Positions 12,046 to 24,144 of a stretch of 64,000 nt of DNA are shown here, in pieces; position 1 is the stretch's first letter; every line of letters begins with the position of its first letter. A program made the translations under genes and the position numbers. The DNA comes from Zancudomyces culisetae HAW-14-8 (taxonomy: Eukaryota > Fungi > Kickxellomycota): NCBI GenBank assembly GCA_052426225.1, contig JBNJNM010000008.1, positions 1,302,001 to 1,366,000 of the forward strand. Direction: 5' to 3'. The notes beneath the pieces are model-generated. The model was given only the letters and a program-made list of their open reading frames with translations, was not told where the DNA came from and did not search any database.

Positions 12046-14343
12046 TACTTTTGCCAGTACTCGTTCCATCATCTTTTGGAATGTTGCCGGACTATTGCAT
12101 AATCCAAACGGCATTACATTAAAGCAATACATACCATCACCTGGTAATGCAAACGCGGTCTTGTGTTTATCCGCGCTGTTCATACGTACCTGCCAGAATC
12201 CATTCATGGCATCGACTACACTGAATACACCTGCTTCTCCGAATGCTGCCAGTATGTCGTCAATTATGGGTAGAGGATAAAGATCTTTTCTGGTAATCAT
12301 GTTGAGTTTGCGGTAGTCAGAACAGATCCGAAGTTTTCCGTTTTTCTTTTTGACTACAACTACCGGTGCACACCAGTCTGATTGACATGGCTCTATGATC
12401 CCTCTTTGTTCCATAATTTTTAGTTCTTCCCTCACCTGTTCCCTTAGGTGGTGAGCTATTCTGTATGGTCGCACTCTTACTGGGTTTGAATCTCCAGTAT
12501 CAATACTGTGTTCCAACACATTTGTTTGCTGGAGTTCTAGCAAGTCATCCACGAATATCTCTGCATACTCTTTGAGCACTTCTGCAATATTTTCTGGTAG
12601 TTTTTCTTTCTGTTCGCGGTTATCGACTTCCTTGATCATCGAGTAGTATTCATACTCGTTTGTCTGTTTTGGACCATCTGTTTCAGTTATCATCAGTGAA
12701 ACTACAACGTCCCCTTCTACCGTTGGTAAGAGCAGCTCCATGTTGCTCAAATCGATGTTGGCCTGGTGTTTCAGTAACCAATCTGCTCCCAACACCATCC
12801 TGTTTAATCCTCCTTCCATAACTACTAAATCTCCTGGGAAGATGAACCCTGCTATAACAAATGGAACATCTCTGATTATTCCCAGTGTCTCATGCTTGGT
12901 GCCATCAGCGGTTATGAGCATTGAGTGATCTTTTTGCTCAATTTTTAAACCTAACATGTCCATAAATTGCTCTGAGATTACTGAACATGCTGCACCTGTA
13001 TCAATAACTGTGAGCTGATGCTTTCCAAATACTTCAATATAAGCTTTGCAGTTTGTGGTAGTTGTCCTATCTTCTACAATGGTGTTCAGCTCCTTGGCTT
13101 CTATCTTCTTAAAGAGATCGACCAACTCTTTCCTGATTTCGGGTGAAGACTGTAACAGTTGACCAAGTGAAATATCTGGTTTTAATTTATCCAACTCTGA
13201 ACCTATCGAAAACTTTTGAATGTTCTCCGATAGTCTAATATCCATTTTCTTCCTAACTCTTAGGGTAGCTGGTTTGATTACTGGCCCCGTTTTGTTAGGT
13301 TCTTTTTGTGCCACACGGATTTTTGCATGAGCTGGCTGAAAATCCATGCCATTGTTTTCGTCTCTCTTCCGTTTGTCCACTGCATAGAGTTCCGTATCTT
13401 TGTTTCCATCTGTTTTTCTTTCTATCTCTATGCAGTTAATTTCTTGTTTTTGGTCCTTCTGCCTCTTGTAGCACGCTGCGGCCTCATGCCCTGGCCTTTT
13501 GCAGTATGTACATTCCACTTTCTTGAACGGTCTTCTTGGTTGTGGAGCAGACTTTTCAGAGTAATTGGGTCTCTTTTCTAATCTAGCTAGAAGATTAAGT
13601 GAAAGCTCGTCAAACTTTTTAATCAACGCCTCGTACATATCTGGTCCCTCATTAGATTTATGTACCTTCATCACCTTCCTACTAGTGCTTTTTGGTTTTT
13701 CTGATGTTTCCCTGACAGTAGGTAATATTTTCTCGACATCCTCTTCTGCCTGGATTATTGCTATGGCAGATTTGACATCCTTAACTTTGGCTTTTAAAAT
13801 TTGCCTTTGATACTTGGGGTTAAGAGCGTCTACAAAAAACTTAAGTCTGATCCGTTCGTCTTTAATATCGACTGTTGAGACCAGTTTGCTGAACTCCGTC
13901 TCAAAATCTTCAAAGTCGAGGTAGTCACTTTGTTTAAGGCTTTGCAGTTGATTCCACGCTCGTGCCTCTCTGTCTTTACCTTCAAACTTTTCCAGGAATT
14001 CCTCACGAACCTTTTTCCATTTTTCTAGTTTAGACTTATTGATCTTGTACCATCGAAGGTCTTTCCCCGTTAAAAACAATTCTAAGAAATCAATCTTGTC
14101 TTTTTCCATCCAGCTGTTGATCCTAGCCATTAGCTCATACCTATCGAGCCATTCTTCCACGTTTGTAGTAGTGTTGCTATCGAACATTGCTACATCTGGA
14201 ATTCCTCTGTTGAACGTAAAGTTCATATTTAGAGGTATTCGGTCAGTTGTTGGTTCAGGAACGCTCGTCTCCTGTACTTCGACCTCCTCTGATTCATCAT
14301 CAGTAGTATCCTCTCTCAACTTTTCTGCTCTTTTACTAAACAT
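12046..14343 (-). CDS. Gag-Pol polyprotein (Gag, CCHC, aspartic protease, N-half of RT), truncated
   Basis: CTYCKRPGHEAAAC, VIDTGAACS, DYRKLN, MPFGLCNSPATFQ. Confidence 0.92.
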
Positions 14344-17230
14344 TTTGATTTTGTTGTTAAACTTTAAATAATTGATAATTTTTTGTTATTTTGTAATTTT
14401 ATAAATTTTATATTTTTATGTTTTTATGTTTAATTTTTTAACAATATTTTTATTATATATTATTTTATTATAATAATTATTTTTTTTTTTTTTTTTTATT
14501 TTGTATTTTTTATTTTTTTTTTTGTATTATTTATTGTTGTAGTTTAGTATTGTTTAGAAAACTTGTTAATCCGTTGAAAGTGGATAAACTTTTAGATTTA
14601 CAGGATTTGATTTCGATTTTATTTGATTTGGAGTCTGATTTGATTTTTAGTATTTCGACTAAATTAATTTTAAATTTTAATTTCTTTGCTGATTTTGATT
14701 AGTTTTACTTTGTTTTAATTTGGACTGTGTCCCTGCTTTTTATCTGCTATGTTATTCTGACTTGTATTCATAAATTTAATTCCCAATTTAAGTTACCAAA
14801 AGTTCAGTCAGTTTTGAAGTGATGAACAGTTTGGGTTTGATGTTTTACCCAACTCCCGAACGGTTTGGAAGGGAGGGCCTCCCCGCCCAAAAGATTGGAC
14901 ATCGGATTTGTTTTACCCCCATTTCATATTTCCACACTAGATCTTTCGAACGTTGGAGGGATTTAATCTAGTGTAATAAAAGATTATTGAATTTAATCTT
15001 TTCAGTATGTTTCGGTTCCGAATAATATTAACTAGAAAGTAGAAACTAGTTAAATGATATTTACCGTTCTGAAGACGCGCCGCTCTAACAGAACTCATAA
15101 GACGACAATATTGTGCATCTTACTTTGTTACCACTATTGGATTTGGTTGAAATAAATTTTAAATTCTACCTCACCCTAGCCCCTTGGGAATGTTGAACTT
15201 ACATCACCCAATTGACTGTAGAATACCTAGGAATTGACCTCCATGGTATCCTTTACTCTTGGAGTGCTTTGCTACTCCGTAATTGGTTATACTAAGACCC
15301 CCATCTAACTTATCTATCCTTATTTTGGTAGAATGGTTAGGCCGGACAAAGAGAGTAAACCAGTTCTGCTCCTGTCCCATTAATGACGTAGGTTGATTCC
15401 TGCAGGGTTATCACCTCGTAAATATTTATCTCACCTTGTTAGCTACTCAAGGTGTAGAAAGGTCCCCAGAACTGAAAGTACTCTTACCACGTAGGTTGGA
15501 GGGTTTGGAATACTTCCGTTTGTTCTACCGAACCCAAGGTGTCCCCTTTTTGGGTACTACCATTTACTGACTTACTGGGTAAACTTTTTAGTTTCCCGAT
15601 ATTATTAGGCTGATCTTGTTTAAATACTACTACCAAACCTAATACCAATTTAGTTCCATAATTACGGAACTTTACCACAAAATTCCTCCACCTGTTTCAT
15701 TCACTCGGTTTTGGAATCGAGTATTTTATTACTCGTTTAGTTTCTGGGTTAACTGGTAGGGTAGAAATTATTTCCCCAGTTATTTCCTTACTTAACACAA
15801 ATTAAAGCAAAAATTATTCCTTTAAAACCACCCGAGAAGTCTGATTCAGTTTCCCTAAATCTTGAAAAAGGATTTGGATAACTAACTTCAACTTCTCAAA
15901 ACTTGGGAGTGTATCTGGAGATAGATACAGGATCTTCCTATTTAAAGTGTGAAGTTTATTTCTACCTTTAAACTTCTTACACTTTTACTACTGGAGTTCA
16001 ATTCCAGGTAGTTTCCCAGCAAAACTGTGGCCTAGAATAAGCTTGCATATAGCTCGCTTAAACTTACCAAGTGACTTTAGTAGGTTGGTTAACTCTTACC
16101 TTCCCACTGTCACTGGTAGCTTTTCTCCACTTTAAGGATGTTATTCTTAAAGTTAGCTACAATGTTGCCGGTCTAGTAACCTATGGTCGGGCTCCTAGAC
16201 TCGGTGTAGTAAGAAAAAATTAGGATTTTTACATCCCATTATCCTCATTACTACTAGTGGCTTCCACTAAGACTAAATGGCATTGCATTTAGTCCCTAGA
16301 CGCCGGTGATATGGTGTAAAACCCGCCGCAGAAATCCTAGTACTTCTCAAAGAAGTCCGTCTCATTTCTGTTTTGAGCCCACCTTTGGTGACTTGTGTAC
16401 ATGTATTTTTAGGTTACTTACACATAATTTTGCTTTTCAGCAGTAAACCCCCAGTATCCATCTTTCTTCTCCCAAGTATTGGAAGGTCTCCGTACAGCTA
16501 GCATTAACGAAAATTAACTTTCTTTAGCTATCACCGTATCTAGGAGATTTCAATATTTGGGGAATCCAGACGAACCCGTCTCGTTTCCGCTTCCAACCAA
16601 AAATATGCTTATCGGCCTAAAAACCCATAAACATTTACCACCAACACCTGGGAAGTATCCAAAAGTATGCGACATAACGCACATTTTGCTTCAATTCCCG
16701 CAGGTAACACAGCATTTTAAGCTGTTCTGGGAAAAGTTCCCAAAGACATTTGTTGAATTTAACTGTTTGGAAATGTTCTATTAAACTTAATTAATATCCC
16801 AAGTCCCAATTTGTTAAATTCCCCAAAAGCCTAAAAAGAAAAGGTCGGGTAATGTGGGAAATTCAATTACATTTAGGCTAAAATGTAAATGAAACCCGAA
16901 AAAGTATTGTGAAAAATCTTAAAGGGAAAAATGTATTTAAAGCCAATGTTCCTAGCCCCACTGAAAGTGTTTCGCATTTACCAGCGCAAGTCCCTAAAAG
17001 GGCTTACGTGGTTACCTTACCTGATCCGGTGGTTCAGAGAATTTATTCCCTATTTAAAAGGAACAAACCTCCTACTAGCCCACATTGGCCCCAGATGGTG
17101 TAAGGTCCAACTCGTCTCGTAAATGGCTTCTAGGCGACATAGCCGAAGCTTTTACGGCAAATTTTTGGTCATTAGAAAGAAAATCTTTCTGACCAAAAAT
17201 TTAACTTTTCTCCCAAATTTTCCTCATACC

Positions 17231-17249
17231 GTTCCCGGCAGAGCCCCCA
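17231..17249 (-). promoter_or_regulatory. Primer-binding site, tRNA-Pro type
   Basis: TGGGGGCTCTGCCGGGAAC, 2 nt after the LTR end CAACA; resembles the canonical Pro PBS TGGGGGCTCGTCCGGGAT. Confidence 0.75.
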
Positions 17250-18013
17250 TTTGTTGAATTCGTTTTCATTTTTTAGTACTAGTCCAATAGGATTTTCCCA
17301 AAAAACTTCCACTAATATCAATCACGGTTCCCTAGAAGGGTGGTTATTACTGACACAGGATTTACCATTTCTAGCCAGTTAACCACTATCTATAAAACCC
17401 CCTCGGAATGAACACAACTGGACAATTTCCACAATTTTTGGTAAAAATAATTTTATTTAAAAGAATTATTCCCAAAACCTGGAAAATATAGCCAAAATGG
17501 CCCTTTCCTTACACTAAAAAAATAGTATTACGCCTCTCTATATATGTTTATTTTTACTTTTAGTGTGGTTTTGGTCGGATTTACAAATTTTTTCAATTTA
17601 TACTAATAATTTACTTTTAAAATTGATTAAAAATAAATCCACTAAAAAGTATAAAATCGATTCGACTAAAAAATAAATCGATTTGTACAATTAAATTGGC
17701 TGTAAAGTTGACAAAAATTTATGACATGGTCATAATTTTTGTACTCTAAATTGAATTGCGCAGGAAACAATTTTTTCAAAATTGATTTCTCTGCTATTTT
17801 GCTGCAATGAAAGCGGTAAATTTAAGTTGATGCTTTTGCATACAACAGCGACTATCGTATAGTAATCTATACTGAAGAGTTGTCCCATTTTATTGGTTAG
17901 TTTAATAGATTATTTTATAGAAATAGTATATATATGTTTATTGTGAATTAATTAATAAATTGTTCTTTTCCACAGATAAATAATAGTAATAAAATTTATA
18001 TATTATTGAAATT

Positions 18014-18092
18014 GACCCGTCCCGTGTAGTACTTGGTAGCGAAAGTTACCAAGTAGGACGTTAAGCATTTTCACTACACGACACGATGTCGT
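18014..18092 (+). ncRNA. Candidate pseudoknotted RNA motif, copy B (best preserved)
   Basis: CGTCC/GGACG stem crossed by CGTGTAGT/ACTACACG, with a 10-bp hairpin and GAAA tetraloop between them. Confidence 0.55.
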
Positions 18093-21000
18093 ATAAATAT
18101 AGTATAAGTAAAACTGTATTTGAGAACTGATGATGTTTTATTTTAGAAATACTAAACCTTATATATAAATTCTGTAAATATTATAATCCTAATAAAATAC
18201 TTTAATCATATAAATTTTATAATAACATGTGAAATAATAATAATCTGAAACAAGTAAATGAAAATAAGCTAAAATTGTAAATCCAGTCATTAAAAATTAT
18301 AAACGTGTTGATGATGATTTTCTCAACTGTCGATCCATCTGAAATGCTTTATCATGCGGATTTACGGGAATGTAACGTGAATTTAATCTAACCATCTTAG
18401 CAATTTATTTAAAACCCAGTGGGCAAAAATTATAAATTGCGGTGATTAAAATTCACGACAACGATGTTGTATAGCAGAAATTATAGCCATTTTTAATAAT
18501 TGAATGTTGTTAAATAATATATAATTGCTTCGTGCCAGTTAAAATCAAGACTAAGCACATCAATAATCTCAGTTTCCTCCAAATCTTGAGTTGGAAGCCT
18601 AGATAAACTATCTACTGGATTACTTTTACCTGGTATATGTTCAATTTCAAAATCATAACTTCGCAATAGCATCGCCCAGCGCGCTACGCGACCAGTTAAT
18701 TCCGTACCGGTAAACATTTGCAGCAGAGCCTTGTGATCAGTCCTCACTGTAAACTTCTCCCCCATACATAGAATTTAAATTTTTTTATCGCCCAGATGAG
18801 TGCCAATCCCTCAAGGTGGCTAATTGAATAGTTGCACTCATGTTTATTTGTTTTTCTGCTTGCAAACTCAATCGGATGTTCACCTTCGCTAGTTTGTTGA
18901 CTCAACATTGCTCCAATCCCAACATCTGAAGCATCGGTCGTTATTATGAACTTTTTGTTCCAATCCGGAAACCGCAATACTGGTGCATTAATTAAGGCTA
19001 CTTTTAATCCTTCCACTGCTTCCGTATGACTTTGATCCCAATACCAATCGATGTTTTTCTTCAATAATTTTGTAAGAGGATTGGCTATCTTTGCATAATT
19101 TTTTATAAACTTACGGTAATAACCGGTAAGTCCTAGTAGTGCTTGCAGCTCTTTTTTGTTAGTTGGGTTATTTAACTTACTTACCGCTTCTATCTTTTTA
19201 TCTGTCGTGCTTATTCCTGCCTTTGAGATTTGGTGTCCCAAATATTCTAAACTTTCAAGTGCAAACTTGCATTTGTCTTTGTGCAGCTGAATCGACTCTA
19301 TTCTGAAAATCTCAAAAACTGTTTTTAAATCATTGTAGTGGCTTTCATAATCATTAGAATATACTATCACGTCGTCTATAAATACCACTGAATTTTTCCA
19401 CAGCACTTCCTTCAATGTAGTCTCCATTAATCGTTGGAATGTCGCTGGACTGTTGGTCAGTCCAAACGGCATTACATTGTATTGGTATGACCCACCTCCA
19501 GGAATAGCGAACGATGTTTTCTCCTTGTCACAGTCTCGCATTTTCACCTGCCAGAACCCTGACATAGCATCAAGGGTGGTGAAAACTGCCGAACCTGATA
19601 GTGCCATAAACAGATCGTCTATTGCTGGTAGAGGATACGTATCCTTGTTGGTTACTTGGTTTAAACGTCTGTAGTAGGCGCCTACCCGAACTCTGCCATC
19701 CTTCTTCCACACAACAACAACTGGAGAGCACCACTCCGAATTTGAGTGTGAAATTATTCCGTTGTAAAGCATCTTCTCTATTTCCTCTCTCACTACTGCC
19801 TGCATGTGATAGGGTATACGATATGGGGATAGCTTTATTGGTGTGGTCTCTTTGAGTTCTATACGATGTTCAACGTTGTTAGCTTGACGTAGTTCACTTA
19901 TATCAGTAACAAATAAGTCTTTATATTCTGCAATAAGTTCCGCTATTCTGAGGTCAATCTATACTTTATCATCATTATTATTTTCTTCTTTCAAGATTAG
20001 ATATAATTCCTGTACTTCGTCATAGTAGTCTGAGTTAGAAGTCTTAACTGGTACCACCACATCCTTTTGTTTAGCGGGTAGTGTCATCAGTTCACTAGCC
20101 AAGTCAATCTGTGCCATATGCCTGACCAACCAGTCAGTACCCAGTATTAACGTATCATCATGCCTTTGCATTACTGTTAGGTCTGCTATGAATATTCTTC
20201 CTTCAATCTTTATCGGTACTGAGTTCACTCTTCCTAAAGTCATGTGTTTGTGTCCACCTGCTGTTACAATTATCTGCGAACAGCCTTGATCAATCTCGAC
20301 ACCCCAATTTTTGAGTAGTGTGGGAGTAACAATTGAACATACAGCACCAGTATCGATAATTGCCCATCCTTGCTGTTGGTGTACACTATACTTGATTTTA
20401 CAGTTGCTAACTCTGTATGACTCAATTCCTACCTCATTCACATCCTGCTCTTTTGTTTTTCGTAGTAGCTGTTTCATTTGATCAGTAAGTTTTGGTGAGG
20501 CTTCTAACAATTGTGGTAAGTTAATTCTAGGGTAAAAACATTCTAACTCGCTTATTAATGAAAAGGGTGAAATATTCTCAGCTATTTTTATGTTCTTTTT
20601 ACTAGTAACCCTATCCACTGCTTTACTGATTGTAGGTGCATCTTCTTGCATCTTATCAACACTTGATACTACTGTTTGCTCTATATTTCTCTTTGGTTTT
20701 GCCTTTTGACCTACTGTTGGTATAACTTTTGAATACGGGAGTCTATCTTCTTTGACTTTATCCTTCCTAGTTACAGCCAATATTTCGTTATCGGCTAGCT
20801 CTTTGTCATCTGTCCAGTCAATTACATTAACACTCTCTTTATTAGCTGTTAACTTTGTTGCTTGTGAGATGAAACTTGGACACTGATATTTTTTGTGACC
20901 TAGTTGTAGACAGTGAAAGCACTTGATGACTCCTTGGTTGAATTGTTGCCTCTGTGGTGACTTGCTCTGTCTCAATCTGTTATCCACTATCTCCTCTACT

Positions 21001-21689
21001 TTGGTTAGTAGGTTCACATTCATCTGCTCTATCTTGTGAAGTATTCCATTGTATCCTATATCTTCTTCTGCGGATCCTCTAATTGATTTTCCTAAATTTG
21101 GCAATATTACTTTTGTAGACTTTGGCTGTTCTGTGACGGCGGGAAGGTTTGTGCTCTTCTCTGTAAGTCGCTTAAAGTCCTCTTCCTCTTCCGTGACACA
21201 TTTTATGACCTCACTCCACGTTTTGCAATCCTCTTCTCTGGCTTTATGTCTGATATATTCTGTAAGTGCACTCAAAAGCCAGTTTAACCTTGCAGTTTCT
21301 TCTGTAATTTTTGCTTTGTTAAATATATCCTCTAAATCTAACTACAACTCCTCAATATTTTCACAGTTATCTTGTTTAATATTTTTAAGTTTGTTGAAAA
21401 CCTCAAACACTTTCTCCTTAGGATTGAACTTTTCCATGAACAACTTTACAAACTTGTCCCAATCACTGAACTCGGACTTGTTTTTCTTAAACCAGATTTC
21501 CTCTTTGCGTCCTAGGTACAACTGTACTAACTCAATTCTGTCCTCATTTGACCATTTATTTAGCTTAGCAATAAGTCTATACCTGTCGAGCCACTCTTCT
21601 GGTGTAATTCCTATGTTTGCCTCAAATGTTACTGGAATGTTCACTTTTATGTGTTTAAATTAATAAAATTCTTTTAAAAATTGCCAGTT

Positions 21690-21708
21690 AGTCCTGGCTG
21701 GATCACCA
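21690..21708 (-). promoter_or_regulatory. PBS complementary to the 3' end of tRNA-Arg(ACG)
   Basis: Plus-strand AGTCCTGGCTGGATCA+CCA equals the 3' end of the tRNA gene at 22166-22238 plus CCA. Confidence 0.93.
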
Positions 21709-21901
21709 TGTTGTAGAATAACCAGTGTGATTATCCTATTGAACTATTCTACTTAAAAAATTGTACTAGTTTATTTGCTATTAAACCTTTTTACACAAAT
21801 TTAAAATAAGTATGCTAAAAGTTTTAATAGCAAATAAACTAGTACAATTTTTTAAGTAGAATAGTTCAATTGGATAATCACACTAATTATTCTATTCAAC
21901 G
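21709..21901. repeat. Palindromic LTR-like terminus (~80 bp inverted arms, ~26 nt loop)
   Basis: A 48-bp perfect core (ATTGAACTATTCTACTTAAAAAATTGTACTAGTTTATTTGCTATTAAA) and its reverse complement; directly abuts the PBS. Confidence 0.85.
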
Positions 21902-22088
21902 ATGTTGTATGCCTACAATAGGTGAAACATTTCCATTGGTTAATTGTGTTTTGAAATTTTTAGTTAGATTATTTGTAGATTTTATTGTATAAAATTGAAA
22001 TTTTTGTTTAACTAAATAAATGTCCTCTTTTGCAAAATCCAAAGTACTATATAATAATTCGTAACATATAGTAAAAGGTAAGTAAAAT

Positions 22089-22155
22089 GACCCGTCCCGT
22101 GTGTTATTTGGTGAAAAAAAACACTAAATGGGATGTTAAACATGGCAACACACAA
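22089..22155 (+). ncRNA. Candidate pseudoknotted RNA motif, copy C
   Basis: CGTCCC/GGGATG, GTGTGTT/AACACAC, hairpin ATTTGGTG/CACTAAAT; compensatory changes relative to copy B. Confidence 0.5.
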
Positions 22156-22165
22156 CAACGACACA

Positions 22166-22238
22166 GGTCCTGTGGCCCAATGGATAAGGCGCTTGACTAC
22201 GAATCAAGAGATTCCAGGTTCGAGTCCTGGCTGGATCA
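22166..22238 (+). tRNA. tRNA-Arg (anticodon ACG)
   Basis: Cloverleaf: GGTCCTG acceptor, TGGCCCAATGG A-box, CTTGA-CT-ACG-AA-TCAAG anticodon arm, GGTTCGAGTCC B-box, downstream T-run. Confidence 0.95.
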
Positions 22239-22785
22239 AATTTATTTTCCTTCTTTTTGCAAATTAATACAATTGACTAATGTCGCAATAAGCCGAATTT
22301 CATTATAAATTCGAATAGTGTACGAGAAATTTCGCTGTACACTCATCGCAGAATGACAATTTTTGTAATTTTTATTGTCGTTTAAATTTTTGTTCAAATT
22401 AAATTCGACTCAGCATGAAATAAAATCTACATGCAGAGTCCATTCAATAAAGATGATTCTATTACGAAATATGTTTTCATACTGAACATCAAATAATTTT
22501 AATGATTATGTGTTCCCACACATAATCGTAATTGCACGTATGCTGCAATTATGAAACAAAACTATTAGTATACTTAACAGAATGTTAATAGTGTATAATT
22601 GCTTTATTTTATTGGAAAACTAGGTTAGCATATAAGTTTAATCATATATATGTGATATAGCAGTTTAGTAGAAAACTGATCCATGTCCTACTATACGGAT
22701 TAATTAATAAACTCAGTTTAAATAAATTTAATTCAAATCAACTTAAAGTAAAATAATCATAATGATTAACTATTTGTTTAACACA

Positions 22786-23130
22786 GGTGTGAGAGAGTCT
22801 AGGAGAGATTCGTCAACCACCTCCAACAGTACTAGGGGCAGTAGCATGGACCAGGATATCGGGACACTCAGTCATCGAACCCTTGGGGAACTGACGGAAA
22901 GCGTCCGACAGATCCAGATCCGTAGAAGCCCGGAAAGCATGTCGGTAGATACACCATCTCCGACGGGATATAGGGATAGTGTCTCATCCGAGAACATCCT
23001 AATAAACATTCAGTTACACAAGAGGAGTGTAACCGAGACCACAGAACAAGCTTCCCCAAGCTTGGTACGTGGTGAGAGCGCGAGTGGGATTACCGAAAGA
23101 TCCCACTCTGCGACACTAATAAAGCTTTAA
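22786..23130 (+). CDS. Orphan coding exon (ORF-X), copy C
   Basis: Homologous to 9994-10325. Preceded by TTTAACACAG acceptor-like site and a shared upstream GAAAAC..ATCCATGT..ATACGG motif. Confidence 0.55.
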   Translation, partial: GVRESRRDSSTTSNSTRGSSMDQDIGTLSHRTLGELTESVRQIQIRRSPESMSVDTPSPTGYRDSVSSENILINIQLHKRSVTETTEQASPSLVRGESASGITERSHSATLIKL

Positions 23131-24144
23131 TATATATATTTTAACAGACAGTCTTATACTGTAGTATAACGCTACATATTTTGCTAGCGAATCAATTGCG
23201 ATTCCTTAGCAGAATATATCTACCAGTTGATGAAAGCTGAATAAATAGTATAAATGATCTTAGATAGTAAAGTGAATAACAAAGCGAATTAATGAGAGCG
23301 GACAACGTAAATAGCATCTTTAGCCTTTCTTAACAGATATTACTTTATATATACGTTTTTATATCCTTACAAATAGCAAATAGCAATTGATACTAATATA
23401 GTTTAATTATAGTTTTATATTATTATAACAATAATAAAAGCTATTAAAATCACTCATATTACGGCAATCAGAAACAGTGAAGTGATCCGCGACTTGAGTA
23501 TAACTGACATAAATAGTGCTATACGTAACTCAGCCATCACATTAGGAAAAAATATAACAGATTCTTATATATCTACAATATAATACAATACAAATATTAC
23601 TAAATATGTTGATGGTATAGTTACCAAACATATTTTACAGATGATAAATGTTAGATGCCAATATTATACACAATATATAAGGTATTAACAAATTAACACA
23701 CTGTTAATTTATAAAAGTTATTATTAATAATACTAGTTATATACACACAGTAATAATATAATAGAGTTAATAATATTTTTGATATTTTTAAACGAGATTG
23801 ACAAACTTAATTGTTCATGTAAAGGGGTTGTATCACCTATTATACAATTAAGTTTTTTATTAATAGTTTAAGTTTTATATTAATATTTATAAAACTAATT
23901 TGTATAAATAAAAGTATACATCATTAATATACACAATATTAATGAAGATACATTTAATATTGATCATGTGTATCAATATTAAGGTTTAAAGTAATAATTA
24001 AATAATAATAATAATATAATCTATTAATTAAACAATATTTATATTACACATGTATTGTCATTAATATTAATTAATTAATAATGTAATAAATATACAATAC
24101 TGTTATGATAATGTGTATTCATAACAGCGCCTCACAGATCACAA

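Larger units (their letters stand above)
12046..17847 (-). mobile_element. Ty3/Gypsy retrotransposon with tRNA-Pro PBS and ~2.9 kb leader, truncated in RT at the Tc1 junction
   Basis: Putative LTR 17252-17847 (TGTTG...CAACA), PBS TGGGGGCTCTGCCGGGAAC on minus (17231-17249), gag-pol ORF ending at the Tc1 TIR. Confidence 0.85.
18493..21901 (-). mobile_element. Ty3/Gypsy retrotransposon (related to the 12046-17847 element), tRNA-Arg primed, truncated after RNase H
   Basis: Gag 21342-21644 and 19959-21275 (CFHCLQLGHKKYQC, IIDTGA), RT 18744-19805 (FIDD), RNase H to 18493, in-frame stops and one frameshift, PBS 21690-21708, LTR 21709-21901. Confidence 0.92.

Noticed and set aside
18125-18155. CTGATGA...GAAA hammerhead-like core
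   Set aside because: No stem II or flanking helices can be formed.
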